From an uncultured bacterium (GTDB taxonomy: Bacteria; Babelota; Babeliae; Babelales; Babelaceae), in the NCBI GenBank assembly GCA_963713855.1, contig OY970209.1:512001-576000 (forward strand): a DNA stretch of 64,000 nt. Reading direction: 5' to 3'. The notes below the pieces were generated by a model, which saw only the letters and a list, made by a program, of their open reading frames with translations, was not told the DNA's origin and ran no database searches. The translations under genes and the position numbers were made by a program. Shown here piece by piece: positions 29,099 to 38,601 of this stretch (position 1 is the stretch's first letter; each line of letters begins with the position of its first letter).

Positions 29099-31265
29099 GA
29101 GTGTCGTTAAGAAAACTACTGAGAAAGGTTAACCGCTTGATGCTTTTGTTATTTTTAAGGCCAATAGCAAGCGCTTTAGGCTGTCCAATAAAAACACAAT
29201 ACGATTTTGCCCTCGTAAGCGCTGTATAAATGAGGTTTCGTTGCAAGAGCGTAAAGTGCTGAGTAAAAATGGGAACAATAACGGCTGGATATTCAGATCC
29301 TTGGCTCTTATGAATAGTTACCGCATAAGCCAATACAAGTTCGCAAAGCTCGCCACTATCATAAGACAGAACTCGCTCATTGAATGCAACATGCACTATC
29401 TTGTCTTCGGCCTCAATACGATCAATTGTTCCTATATCGCCGTTAAATACGAATTTGTCGTAGTTGTTGCGAATCTGCATAACGCGATCACCTGTTTTAA
29501 AAGACACCCCATTAGCTATGAGCTGGCTCTGGCTATTTCCATTTAAAAGTGCCTGCAAATGATCATTAAGAACCTGTGTGCCGGCAGTTCCGCGGTTCAT
29601 AGGTGTAAGAACGATAGCATCTGAAGGGCTCATACCACGCTTTGGTATATCTGCAAATAGTATTTTTTTAAGATGATTGACGAGATTAGCAGGGTCTTCC
29701 TCTTTTATAAAGCTAAAGTCTTGGCGGCATTCTGGCACAAAAGTGACGGGAAATTCTCCTCTGTTAACGCGGTGTGCATTTGTGATAATGAGACTGTTTT
29801 GTGCTTGCCGAAACACTTCCTTCAGCCTAATGCACTGCACTGTCTTGCTTTCAATACAGTCATTGAGAAAATTACCAGCACCAACCGATGGTAATTGATC
29901 AACATCGCCGATCAAAAGCACGTGGGCCGCTAAGGGGACTGCTTTTAATAAGGCGTGGGCGATAAAAACGTCGATCATCGACGCTTCATCAATTATGAGA
30001 AATTGTAAGGAAAGTGCGTTTTTTTCATTGTGCTTAAAGTTAAGCGTTAATGGATCAAATTCAAGAAGCCTATGTATTGTTGCAGCCGACTTTCCCGTGC
30101 CTTCAGTGATTCGTTTGGCTGCTCTGCCGGTCGGAGCTGCAAGCTTATACGTGATGTGCTCGTTTTCAAGCAGCTGTAGAAGTTGCCTTATAAGAGTCGT
30201 TTTACCAGTTCCAGGGCCTCCAGTGATGATAGTTACTTTATGGCGTAGGCATGTAATAATGCCTTCTATCTGCTGATCGTTTAAGCGTATACTGTGTTGT
30301 GGCGGGTTAGTTAACCGTTCATAGGTCACTCTGCTATCAATGGTGAATGAGGGACCCTTTTTAATGAGTGCCTGTATCTTTTGAGCTATGCCTTGCTCAG
30401 CGTTAAAGCACCGTGTTGTCGTAATAAAGCACTTATCTTTATTGACGAGTTTAATTTTTCCTTGCTCGTAAAGAGTGCTTAATTGTTGCTTTAAAAGCTC
30501 GAGCATATCGGGAGTTTGCGTAAGGGACAGAAGTTCAAAGCATCTTTTTTTAAGTTCTTCTACTTCACTGTAAAGATGACCTTGTTGATTTCCTGTCAAA
30601 AGAGCAAAAAGGATGCCGGCGTGCATCCGCTGGGGGCAATTTGCTTGAAAACCGAGCTTTTGTGCAATCTCATCTGCTGTTTTAAAGCCTATTCCCCATA
30701 CTTCTTCAGCTAAGCGGTAAGGATTTTGAAGAAGATAGGGAATAGTATTATGTTTGTACTGTTTGTAGATTCGAGCTGCAAGTGCGGGGGAAATGCTTTT
30801 GTCTTGGAGAAAAACCATGATCTCAGCTATTTCTTTATGCTCTTGCCATCCTTTAGTAATCGTTTCTATGCGTTTTGTTGCAAGTCCGGAAACTTCCGAA
30901 AGTCGCTCTGGCTGCTTATCTATGATTTCGAGCGTTTTGAGCCCAAAGTAATTGACAAGCTTATCGGCGTATACTTTTCCGATTCCTTTAATGAGCCCTG
31001 AGCCTAAAAAACGCTTAAGGCCTGTAACGCTTGTTGGCAAGCTACCTTTACAGGAAGAAGCTTCAAACTGCCGTCCATATTTAGGATCAAGAATCCATTT
31101 ACCGGTCAGCTCCACTTCTTGACCAGCCTGCAAAGGGGGCAGCTTTCCTTTTACCGTCGCCGTTTTTTCATGCGGAAGTTCTAATACAAAAACGGCATAC
31201 CCGCTTTCAAGATCTTGAAAGAGAAAACGATTAATAGTGCCGCTTAGGCAATCAGCATCGTACAT
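29088..31265 (-). CDS. recD2: RecD2 helicase
   Basis: GLIKGIG, NPYRLA...GIGFKTAD, GGPGTGKTT, IIDEASM, GDVDQLPSVG, AYAVTIHKSQGSE. Confidence 0.96.
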   Translation of the reverse strand: MYDADCLSGTINRFLFQDLESGYAVFVLELPHEKTATVKGKLPPLQAGQEVELTGKWILDPKYGRQFEASSCKGSLPTSVTGLKRFLGSGLIKGIGKVYADKLVNYFGLKTLEIIDKQPERLSEVSGLATKRIETITKGWQEHKEIAEIMVFLQDKSISPALAARIYKQYKHNTIPYLLQNPYRLAEEVWGIGFKTADEIAQKLGFQANCPQRMHAGILFALLTGNQQGHLYSEVEELKKRCFELLSLTQTPDMLELLKQQLSTLYEQGKIKLVNKDKCFITTTRCFNAEQGIAQKIQALIKKGPSFTIDSRVTYERLTNPPQHSIRLNDQQIEGIITCLRHKVTIITGGPGTGKTTLIRQLLQLLENEHITYKLAAPTGRAAKRITEGTGKSAATIHRLLEFDPLTLNFKHNEKNALSLQFLIIDEASMIDVFIAHALLKAVPLAAHVLLIGDVDQLPSVGAGNFLNDCIESKTVQCIRLKEVFRQAQNSLIITNAHRVNRGEFPVTFVPECRQDFSFIKEEDPANLVNHLKKILFADIPKRGMSPSDAIVLTPMNRGTAGTQVLNDHLQALLNGNSQSQLIANGVSFKTGDRVMQIRNNYDKFVFNGDIGTIDRIEAEDKIVHVAFNERVLSYDSGELCELVLAYAVTIHKSQGSEYPAVIVPIFTQHFTLLQRNLIYTALTRAKSYCVFIGQPKALAIGLKNNKSIKRLTFLSSFLNDTHEN

Positions 31266-31271
31266 GGTCTT

Positions 31272-31934
31272 TTAGAGCTCTTCTTTTTGTGCGGTAGGCG
31301 TCGTAGCAGATTGCGCTTTTTGTATGTCATCAAGTAGCTTTTGCGCGTACTTAGGGCTTACCGTGTGTAAAACGTCAATAAGCAGTGTAGCAAGATCCTC
31401 GACAAAAGTACCGACCAACTTAAAATTGGCAAAATTTTGCGCGATAAAAGTCTTTTCGGGTAAATCAAGCCAAGGTGTTAGCGTGTCTTTGCGTTGACGC
31501 TGTTCTGCCCATTTTGCTATGACCGGCTTAATGAACCCTTTTTTCTTTTTTATGCTTTCTTTAAAGGGGTCTATGAAGGGGTTAATATTTTCAATCGCCT
31601 TATTCAAAGCGTCCTTTAAGCGCTCATTTTCTTGCTTTCTTTGAAGCGGTGACATATTTTGTGCCTCTAGAGACTGCTCAATAGAAACCATTTGAGAAAG
31701 CGTATATTCCTTGTCATTGTAGATGATTATAGTTTGTTTATTATTTCGAGAGCCATTTTGAAGTTCTTTTAATTTACGAAACGTGGTTGTTATACCTTCT
31801 ATTGGTAAATCTTTAGCCTTTATTTTAAGCAAGTTATACTTAATTTCCATCGGTGTTTGACAGACTACTTTAACGGTTGTAATGAGGGGAAAAGCAAGCA
31901 AAAGTAAGATTGATATACGATGCATAATTTTCAT
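31272..31934 (-). CDS. Hypothetical exported protein, paralog of 32075-32680
   Basis: Signal peptide; shares I.YN.K..T..QMV..E, I..W..QR and L...LID with neighbour. Confidence 0.7.
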   Translation of the reverse strand: MKIMHRISILLLLAFPLITTVKVVCQTPMEIKYNLLKIKAKDLPIEGITTTFRKLKELQNGSRNNKQTIIIYNDKEYTLSQMVSIEQSLEAQNMSPLQRKQENERLKDALNKAIENINPFIDPFKESIKKKKGFIKPVIAKWAEQRQRKDTLTPWLDLPEKTFIAQNFANFKLVGTFVEDLATLLIDVLHTVSPKYAQKLLDDIQKAQSATTPTAQKEEL

Positions 31935-32020
31935 AAAACTCCTAGAGTGTTTTTCAAATAACTATTCTTTAGTTTATGCGGAAGATCAAGGCTTGCCAAT
32001 ACGTTTTTGAAATTACTCAA

Positions 32021-32052
32021 AAAAAAGAGCGGCAAGATAGCCGCTCTTTTTT
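32021..32052 (-). terminator. Rho-independent terminator
   Basis: AAAAAAGAGCGGC-N6-GCCGCTCTTTTTT. Confidence 0.8.
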
Positions 32053-32074
32053 ATAATAAGGTGACTTAAGGTAG

Positions 32075-32680
32075 TTAAGTCTTTTTAAATGTTTTCGGAC
32101 ATGAATTTCTCAAATCGATCAAGAATAAGCTTAAATGATTTAAAAATCCGTCAGTGGAAATAAAGCTTCCTGCAAGTTTTGCAAGTTGTTTTATTTCGTG
32201 CCCATCGCCTTGACGACTCCACTGCTTAAGAACAGTATTTGGAAACTTTCTCTGTTTTGACCACTGATCTATTATTTTTACGAGCGTTGATTTAAAAATG
32301 CGAGCTTTACGCATGTATTTTTTAGTAACTTCATCGATCTTTTTATGGACCTCAGCTAAAGCATTAGCGGCACTTTTTTTTAGCTGGCCCTTTTCAACCA
32401 GCAGACCACCTTTTTCAAAATCAACCATTTGCTTGAACGTGAACCTTTTTCCATTATACGAAATAAGGTTGTCCTGCCCGAGTGCGTTGTTTTGGCCTGT
32501 TCGGAGTCTTTGTATCCCATCCTGAAGCTCAATAAAGTCCGCGGCCTTTAGGCTTGGGTTTCCGTCGATGAGCTTCATAACGTCTGATTCAATCGTAATA
32601 GGCGTAAGTGTTGCATTGCACTGCAACGTAAGGCATATAAATAAGAGTGGAGTTGTTAGCTTGATGAACCGCTGTTGCAT
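32075..32680 (-). CDS. Hypothetical exported protein
   Basis: GAGGAG RBS, signal peptide, similarity to 31272-31934. Confidence 0.7.
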   Translation of the reverse strand: MQQRFIKLTTPLLFICLTLQCNATLTPITIESDVMKLIDGNPSLKAADFIELQDGIQRLRTGQNNALGQDNLISYNGKRFTFKQMVDFEKGGLLVEKGQLKKSAANALAEVHKKIDEVTKKYMRKARIFKSTLVKIIDQWSKQRKFPNTVLKQWSRQGDGHEIKQLAKLAGSFISTDGFLNHLSLFLIDLRNSCPKTFKKT

Positions 32681-32693
32681 AGTTTCTCCTCAT

Positions 32694-34328
32694 TTAATAA
32701 CTGAAAGCTAGATTAAAAGCTAAAGTAAAGTCTTTACCGAGTCCTCTGCTACTGAATGTTATATCTCCACGAAGTCCGAGGTACAATAATCCACAACTAT
32801 AAGGAATGTTAAATTCTATTCCTCCAAAAAATTTGTGTTGTATGCCTCGAGAGTTAAGAGCAACATCAGTCCTAAAAATATTTCGTATGCGTTGTGAAAG
32901 TTCAAGCTTTTCTTCGCCTTGCCAATAAAAATCATACCCTGCCCAGCCTTCAAAGCAGTTGTAATTACATAAAAGCGCAACATTGGCATTAGCAATGGCA
33001 CCAGGCCTTACTTTAACGCTAAAAACTGATGGAAATAACGTGTCGATAATTTTCTGTTGAATAAAGGCCAAGTTGTCTTCAGCAAGATCCGGATTCGTAA
33101 AATCTCTTTCAAAGGACTCTGGATTAATTCTCTTTATGAAAAAACGGCGTTCATGAGCAGGTGCGACATATTGAATAGAAGCTTGAGAGCGTATTCCCCA
33201 GCAACTATTAAAAAAGTGTTCATACTGTGCTAATGGCGCAAAGGTAAAATGACCGTTATTGCCTAACGAGGTATCCGCAACATTTGCGGTCAATGTGTCG
33301 AGTACTGCAAATGCTAACTTTGTAAGCGTGTCAAAGGACTGTATTTGTTGAGCGACTGAGTCACCTAAAATGCCACAGATAATTTGTTGTATATCAAAAG
33401 GGGGAATAGCGCGCACTTTACAAAATGAGCCACCGATGATGCCCTGTTGAAAGGCGAAGGCCGTTGGCAATGTAATAAATCCGCCAAGACTCCAACATGT
33501 TGATTCAGTCGTCCAAGGAGCATAAAGTGCGTGAATACGTAAGTCTCCAAGTCCGAGCTTGTCGCTAACAAGATGCTCAGTAAGCAGTTCTTCGCTTTCT
33601 GATCTGCTTGAGCCCTCTGATAGCTCACGTATAGCGGTGGAAAAGCTAATAGCTTCTATCTCTTCGGGGGTCAAGAAAAAATTGCGCTCTAAGTAATAAA
33701 GAGGGAGGGAAAATTTTACGTCCCAGTTATTATTGTGACCGCCTACTCTAAAATAAAGGCCTGCTCTTCTTTCTTGCAGCTTAATATGCTCAAAAAGAGG
33801 CAAGATTTCACCAATGGGTGACGCTTCTTCTGGTCTTAAAAGCTCGGCGACTTCCTCAACGGCATCAATAAAATCTTGACCAGTCAGGTTAATATAAGAC
33901 CTAATAAATGGATCAGATCTTGTAAAAAAAAGCTTGCTTGTTTGGTTGTAAAAGGGGAGCACCGACAGATCAAAGCATCCTCTGTGTATGTCTACCCAGT
34001 TAAAAGTTGGTAAGTCATGTATGCTTCTATTAAGAATCGAATTTGTTCGTTTGTAGATGGGCACTTTCAGCAAGTTAACGACACCGCTATTTACCAACGT
34101 ATCAACTACGTCTTGGGCTGTACAAGGAGCTTGTTGAGCGCTTTCTAATTCTTTTTGCAAATCTTCATTTTGATTCTTGAAGTACTCATCAATTCCTTCA
34201 CCCAATGAAGCTTCTTGTGCACATACTCTTTCGTGAGCAGTTGCTATACATAGTAAAAATACAAGCACTGAAGATGCTAAAAAAATCATCGAATGCTTGT
34301 GCATGCTCTCCATACGTCCTCTTAACAC
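32694..34328 (-). CDS. Hypothetical exported protein, possible outer-membrane beta-barrel
   Basis: Signal peptide, GLGDLR motif, alternating strands, ends in FNLAFSY. Confidence 0.55.
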   Translation of the reverse strand: MLRGRMESMHKHSMIFLASSVLVFLLCIATAHERVCAQEASLGEGIDEYFKNQNEDLQKELESAQQAPCTAQDVVDTLVNSGVVNLLKVPIYKRTNSILNRSIHDLPTFNWVDIHRGCFDLSVLPFYNQTSKLFFTRSDPFIRSYINLTGQDFIDAVEEVAELLRPEEASPIGEILPLFEHIKLQERRAGLYFRVGGHNNNWDVKFSLPLYYLERNFFLTPEEIEAISFSTAIRELSEGSSRSESEELLTEHLVSDKLGLGDLRIHALYAPWTTESTCWSLGGFITLPTAFAFQQGIIGGSFCKVRAIPPFDIQQIICGILGDSVAQQIQSFDTLTKLAFAVLDTLTANVADTSLGNNGHFTFAPLAQYEHFFNSCWGIRSQASIQYVAPAHERRFFIKRINPESFERDFTNPDLAEDNLAFIQQKIIDTLFPSVFSVKVRPGAIANANVALLCNYNCFEGWAGYDFYWQGEEKLELSQRIRNIFRTDVALNSRGIQHKFFGGIEFNIPYSCGLLYLGLRGDITFSSRGLGKDFTLAFNLAFSY

Positions 34329-34519
34329 GAACTTTTGGCAAATCTTATGACAAGTGTGTATTTAGCTTAGCAGTCTTTTTTTTATTTGACAAAAGCGGCT
34401 CACGCATACTTCTGCAAAAAATATATAGCGCCTAAGTCTCAATACGCAAGAGACATATTTTGAGAACGGGTATACTAGGTAATAGATTCTTAATTAAAAC
34501 AAAACGCAAAGGTAATTAT

Positions 34520-35239
34520 ATGACAGCTGATGGCTTTTCATCAAAAAAGTTGCTGTGCATGGTTGAAGGTAATATTGGAACGGGTAAATCAACCTTTATT
34601 CGCATTATCAGTTCACTGCTTAAGGACATACATGGCACTTTTGAACCCCTTGAAGAGTGGCAGAATGTGGGTGGTGAGAATCTGCTTAATTTTTTTTACC
34701 AAGAGCCCATGCGTTGGGCTTATTCATTTCAAACCTATACACTTTTGACGCGGACACGACTTCAGGAATTAGTAAATAAAAGGGCCGAGTCATTACAACT
34801 GATGGAGCGATCAATCTATTCAGACCGTTATTGCTTTGCCCAAGCATGTATTGAATTAGGCTTTTTTCAGCACATGGAATGGCAGCTTTATCAAGAGTGG
34901 TTTGATTGGATTCAAAAATACGAACCATTACCAAGCGCTTTTATTTATTTACGCACCGATCCAGCAGTTTCCTACGAGAGGCTTTTGCATCGTAGTCGAC
35001 AAGAGGAGTCTGGGGTCAGCCTTGATTACATTACTTTTATTTATCAAAAGCACGAAAAGTGGCTTATTAAAAAAGAGGGTATTTTACCGTCGCTACAGAA
35101 GGTGCCAGTTCTCGTTCTTGCATGTGATGAAGATTTTGAGCATAATAAAGACGTACAGGAAGCGCATATAAAAAGCCTTATTGACTTTTTATATACGAAT
35201 TTTGGCTTTAAAGTCCAAAGGGCGCTTCCTTCCCAATGA
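34520..35239 (+). CDS. Deoxynucleoside kinase
   Basis: VEGNIGTGKST, EP..EW, RW.Y.FQ, ERSIYSDRY.F, R.RQEE. Confidence 0.93.
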   Translation: MTADGFSSKKLLCMVEGNIGTGKSTFIRIISSLLKDIHGTFEPLEEWQNVGGENLLNFFYQEPMRWAYSFQTYTLLTRTRLQELVNKRAESLQLMERSIYSDRYCFAQACIELGFFQHMEWQLYQEWFDWIQKYEPLPSAFIYLRTDPAVSYERLLHRSRQEESGVSLDYITFIYQKHEKWLIKKEGILPSLQKVPVLVLACDEDFEHNKDVQEAHIKSLIDFLYTNFGFKVQRALPSQ

Positions 35240-35263
35240 TAGTGCATACAAAAAGGTTTACTC

Positions 35264-35521
35264 ATGGCTGAAAATATGGCAGTTTACGCAAAGGTAGCAG
35301 CCTATTTAGGTGCTGCTTTTGCTATCGGTATTGGTACCCTGGGACCGACAATGGGACAGGGGATGATCGGGTCGAAAGCTTGCGAAAACATAGGAAAATA
35401 CCCAGAAAGTGCAAATAAAATCCAAACCGCTATGTATGTCGGTTTGGCGATGGTGGAAACATCCTCCCTTTTTGCCTTTCTTACCTCTATATTTCTTATT
35501 CTTTCAGTTTTCAAGTTGTAA
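35264..35521 (+). CDS. atpE: ATP synthase subunit c
   Basis: G.G..GP.MGQG helix, PE loop, conserved Glu in AMVET. Confidence 0.93.
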   Translation: MAENMAVYAKVAAYLGAAFAIGIGTLGPTMGQGMIGSKACENIGKYPESANKIQTAMYVGLAMVETSSLFAFLTSIFLILSVFKL

Positions 35522-35527
35522 GATAAA

Positions 35528-35905
35528 ATGACAATCAATCTGACTGTTTTGGTGCAATTTGTTCACTTTATGATTGCTTATTTTATTCTTGAAAGAGTGC
35601 TTTTTAGGCCTTCTGTCAGCGCTCTTAAAATCCAGGATGCTCTTTTTCACAAAAAAGTGGACCATCTGGCTGAGGGAAAGAAGAAGGTCGAAGCGCTTCG
35701 CTTTCAACTCGAAGAAGACAGAAAAATGCACCGGGAAGAGCTACAAAAGTCTATTCCTACCCTTGCTCGCTTTAGAAAGCCTCTCTCTATTGAGGAGGTA
35801 TATGAAAGTGCACGGTACGAAGAGACTGCAGCTGCTGATTATGCCAATAAAGCTACTATAAAAGCGATAGTACAAAGAATTGTGGGGAGTATTCTTCATG
35901 ATTGA
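35528..35905 (+). CDS. ATP synthase subunit b'
   Basis: INLTVLVQFVHF...FIL...LFRP. Confidence 0.75.
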   Translation: MTINLTVLVQFVHFMIAYFILERVLFRPSVSALKIQDALFHKKVDHLAEGKKKVEALRFQLEEDRKMHREELQKSIPTLARFRKPLSIEEVYESARYEETAAADYANKATIKAIVQRIVGSILHD

Positions 35906-36380
35906 CGCTTTTTTTAAACTTCTCAATTTTGGTATTTTTATAGGAATTTTGGTATACGTGTGGCGTAAGAATCTGCGTGCATTCTTTCAGAATCAGCTCA
36001 TAAAAAAAAGAGTTAAGACGGAAGAGCTTGCTCGAGAAGAATACGCTGTTTTACGGGCTCAAGAAAGCATTCAGACACAAGAACGTGATGAGCATCTATT
36101 ATTTGCAAGCCTACGCCAAAAAATGGCTCAGTGGCAAAGTGTTCAAAAGCAAGAGCTTGATGCGCTTAATGCGCAGTATGCGCGATACGAGCATGACCTT
36201 AAAAAACGAATTGCTCTTGAAATTGTCGAGACCAGGAATCGACACGTTAAAAAGACTCTTTTAGAGCGTGTACTTCAAGATTCTACAAAAGAATTAAAAG
36301 ATGCATTTGAAAATCCAAAGAAAAATGAAGCATACATAAAAGAGGCAGTCGAGCTACTAGCCCGTGATAAGGATGCCTAA
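35898..36380 (+). CDS. atpF: ATP synthase subunit b
   Basis: KLLNFGIF..ILVY TM followed by coiled coil; operon position. Confidence 0.78.
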   Translation: MIDAFFKLLNFGIFIGILVYVWRKNLRAFFQNQLIKKRVKTEELAREEYAVLRAQESIQTQERDEHLLFASLRQKMAQWQSVQKQELDALNAQYARYEHDLKKRIALEIVETRNRHVKKTLLERVLQDSTKELKDAFENPKKNEAYIKEAVELLARDKDA

Positions 36381-36928
36381 TGTTTCTACCTCCTCGCATA
36401 GCAAAACGTTACGCGCAAGCTTTTTTGAATACGACGCAGGTAGAGTATGCGCAAATCGAGCGCATAGAGGCTTCAGGCAAGAATCTTGCACATCATCTGG
36501 GCGCACTGTTTTATCTTAAAGTGCCTTTAAAGCAGGATTTTGGTCTTATTAAAGCAGTTGATGCTTTTTTAGCCCGCTACCGAATAAGTACACTGCTCAA
36601 AAAGCTAGTGCATCTTCTAGCTCGCCACAATAGATTAGCTTTGCTAGCAGATGTTTTGCAAAGCATTGCCCAAGTATATAGAGCAAGAAATAACCTACTT
36701 GTTTGCACGGTTTTGTCTTCAAGTCCTTTGTCGACAAGCCAAAAAAAGCAGATAGAACAGTCTATTGCCTCACGCCTACAGGTCACACCTTATGTTACCT
36801 ATGGCACTGATGAAAACCTTATAGCCGGCATTCGCATTGAGGCACAATATTGCGTTTGGGAGTATTCGGTGGCTAAAAAATTGCGTTCTTTAAGCAGCAC
36901 AGTATTAGAAAAGGTATATCGTGAATAA
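36380..36928 (+). CDS. atpH: ATP synthase subunit delta
   Basis: IAKRYAQA, LL...NRL, D.NLIAGI.I. Confidence 0.88.
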   Translation: MFLPPRIAKRYAQAFLNTTQVEYAQIERIEASGKNLAHHLGALFYLKVPLKQDFGLIKAVDAFLARYRISTLLKKLVHLLARHNRLALLADVLQSIAQVYRARNNLLVCTVLSSSPLSTSQKKQIEQSIASRLQVTPYVTYGTDENLIAGIRIEAQYCVWEYSVAKKLRSLSSTVLEKVYRE

Positions 36929-38414
36929 TAAGCAAATGGATCTTGTCTCGCTTTTCGAGCGTGCCCTTGAAGGACAATCAAGCCATGAATTTGATCAAGT
37001 GGGATTTGTTGTACAAGTGGGCGACTTTACCTGTGTTATTCAAGGCCTAAATAAAGTCGTCTACGGTGAGCTTGTCCTCTTTGAGGGGGGAAATCGAGGT
37101 ATCGTGTTGAACATAGATGAGGATGTCGTTACCGCTTTTGTGCTTGATGCATTAGTACCTGTGTCCGAATTCGAAACGGTAAAGCGAACGGGAAGCGTTT
37201 TTAAAACACCTGTTGGTAAAGATCTTTTGGGTCGCGTTATTAACGCTCGAGGCGAACCAATTGATGGTCTTCAAAAACTTTCCTCGTCACTTTTAAAACC
37301 CATTGAAGCTCATATTCCCGGCATTATTGAGCGAAGCCCAATTAATGAACCTTTAGAAACTGGAATCATGGTTATTGACGCACTTGTTCCAGTAGGCAAA
37401 GGACAGCGTGAGCTTATTATAGGTGATAGAAACACGGGTAAAACATCCATAGCTCTTGATACTATTATTCATCAGCGAGACAAAAATGTTATTTGTATCT
37501 ATGTTGCTATTGGACAACGTCAAGCAAGTGTTGCTCGCATAGCGCATCTTCTTGCCCAGAGAAGGGGCGCTTTCGTACACGATCATTGTAAGTGCTGATG
37601 CAGTGAGCCGGCTTTAAATCGTTATTTGGCCCCTTATGTGGGTTGTACTATAGGTGAATACTTTAGAGACGAGGGGCTTGATGCACTTATCATCTATGAT
37701 GACCTTAGTAATCACGCAATTGCTTATCGCGAAATGTCTCTCTTGATGCGCCGATCACCGGGAAGAGAGGCCTACCCAGGCGACGTTTTTTATCTTCATT
37801 CACGTCTTCTAGAGCGCGCTGGAAAGCTTGCAAAGGGTGGAACCTTACCGCTTTACCTATTGTTCAAATTCAGGCGGAGATATTGCCGCTTATATTCCTA
37901 CAAACCTCATTTCGATAACGGATGGCCAAATATTCTTGATACGACGCTTTTTAATAGCGGTGTACGGCCTGCGGTCAATGTTGAGCTTTCTGTCTCTCGT
38001 GTTGGAGGTGCAGCACAGACTTCCGCCATTAAGTCGATGACTCGCGCATTACGCCTTGAGCTTGCCCAGTACCACGAGCTTGTAGCCTTTGCGCAATTTG
38101 GCACCGAACTCGACATTATATCTCAGCGAAAACTTGCACGCGGAGCTGTTATTGTTAATCTCTTAAAACAAGCGTCTTTAACCACATACTCTTTTGTAGA
38201 TCAAACGCTTATGTTCTTTTTACTAAAAGAGAATTATCTAGATGCCGTACCCCTTTCTGAGGTGCATGAGACAGGTACCCGGTTTGCTAGCTATGTAAGG
38301 TCCGTGTATAAAAGTGTGTACGATGAAATTAAAGACACTCAAGCGGTTTCTCAAGATATGCTAGGCGCGTTAAAGAAAATAGCTCAAGAATTTATGACTG
38401 TAATGATCGGATAG
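36921..38414 (+). pseudogene. atpA: ATP synthase subunit alpha, interrupted by several frameshifts (real or assembly error)
   Basis: [51 protein letters not shown] and [12 protein letters not shown] lie in different frames. Confidence 0.9.
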
Positions 38415-38474
38415 CTAGTTTGGGGAGAAATATTTGCTAAATGCATAAGCTGCTTGTAAAATAAAAGGATGTAA

Positions 38475-38551
38475 GCGCCCATAGCTCAGCTGGATAGAGC
38501 AACAGATTTCTAATCTGTAGGTCGTAGGTTCGAATCCTACTGGGCGCACCA
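38475..38551 (+). tRNA. tRNA-Arg (anticodon TCT)
   Basis: GCGCCCA/TGGGCGC acceptor stem, ACAGA-TT-TCT-AA-TCTGT anticodon arm, GGTTCGAATCC, encoded CCA. Confidence 0.97.
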
Positions 38552-38601
38552 ATCTTTTACCCGACAAAATTCCTTACGTCTATGATACAGTTAGCTAAGC
38601 G

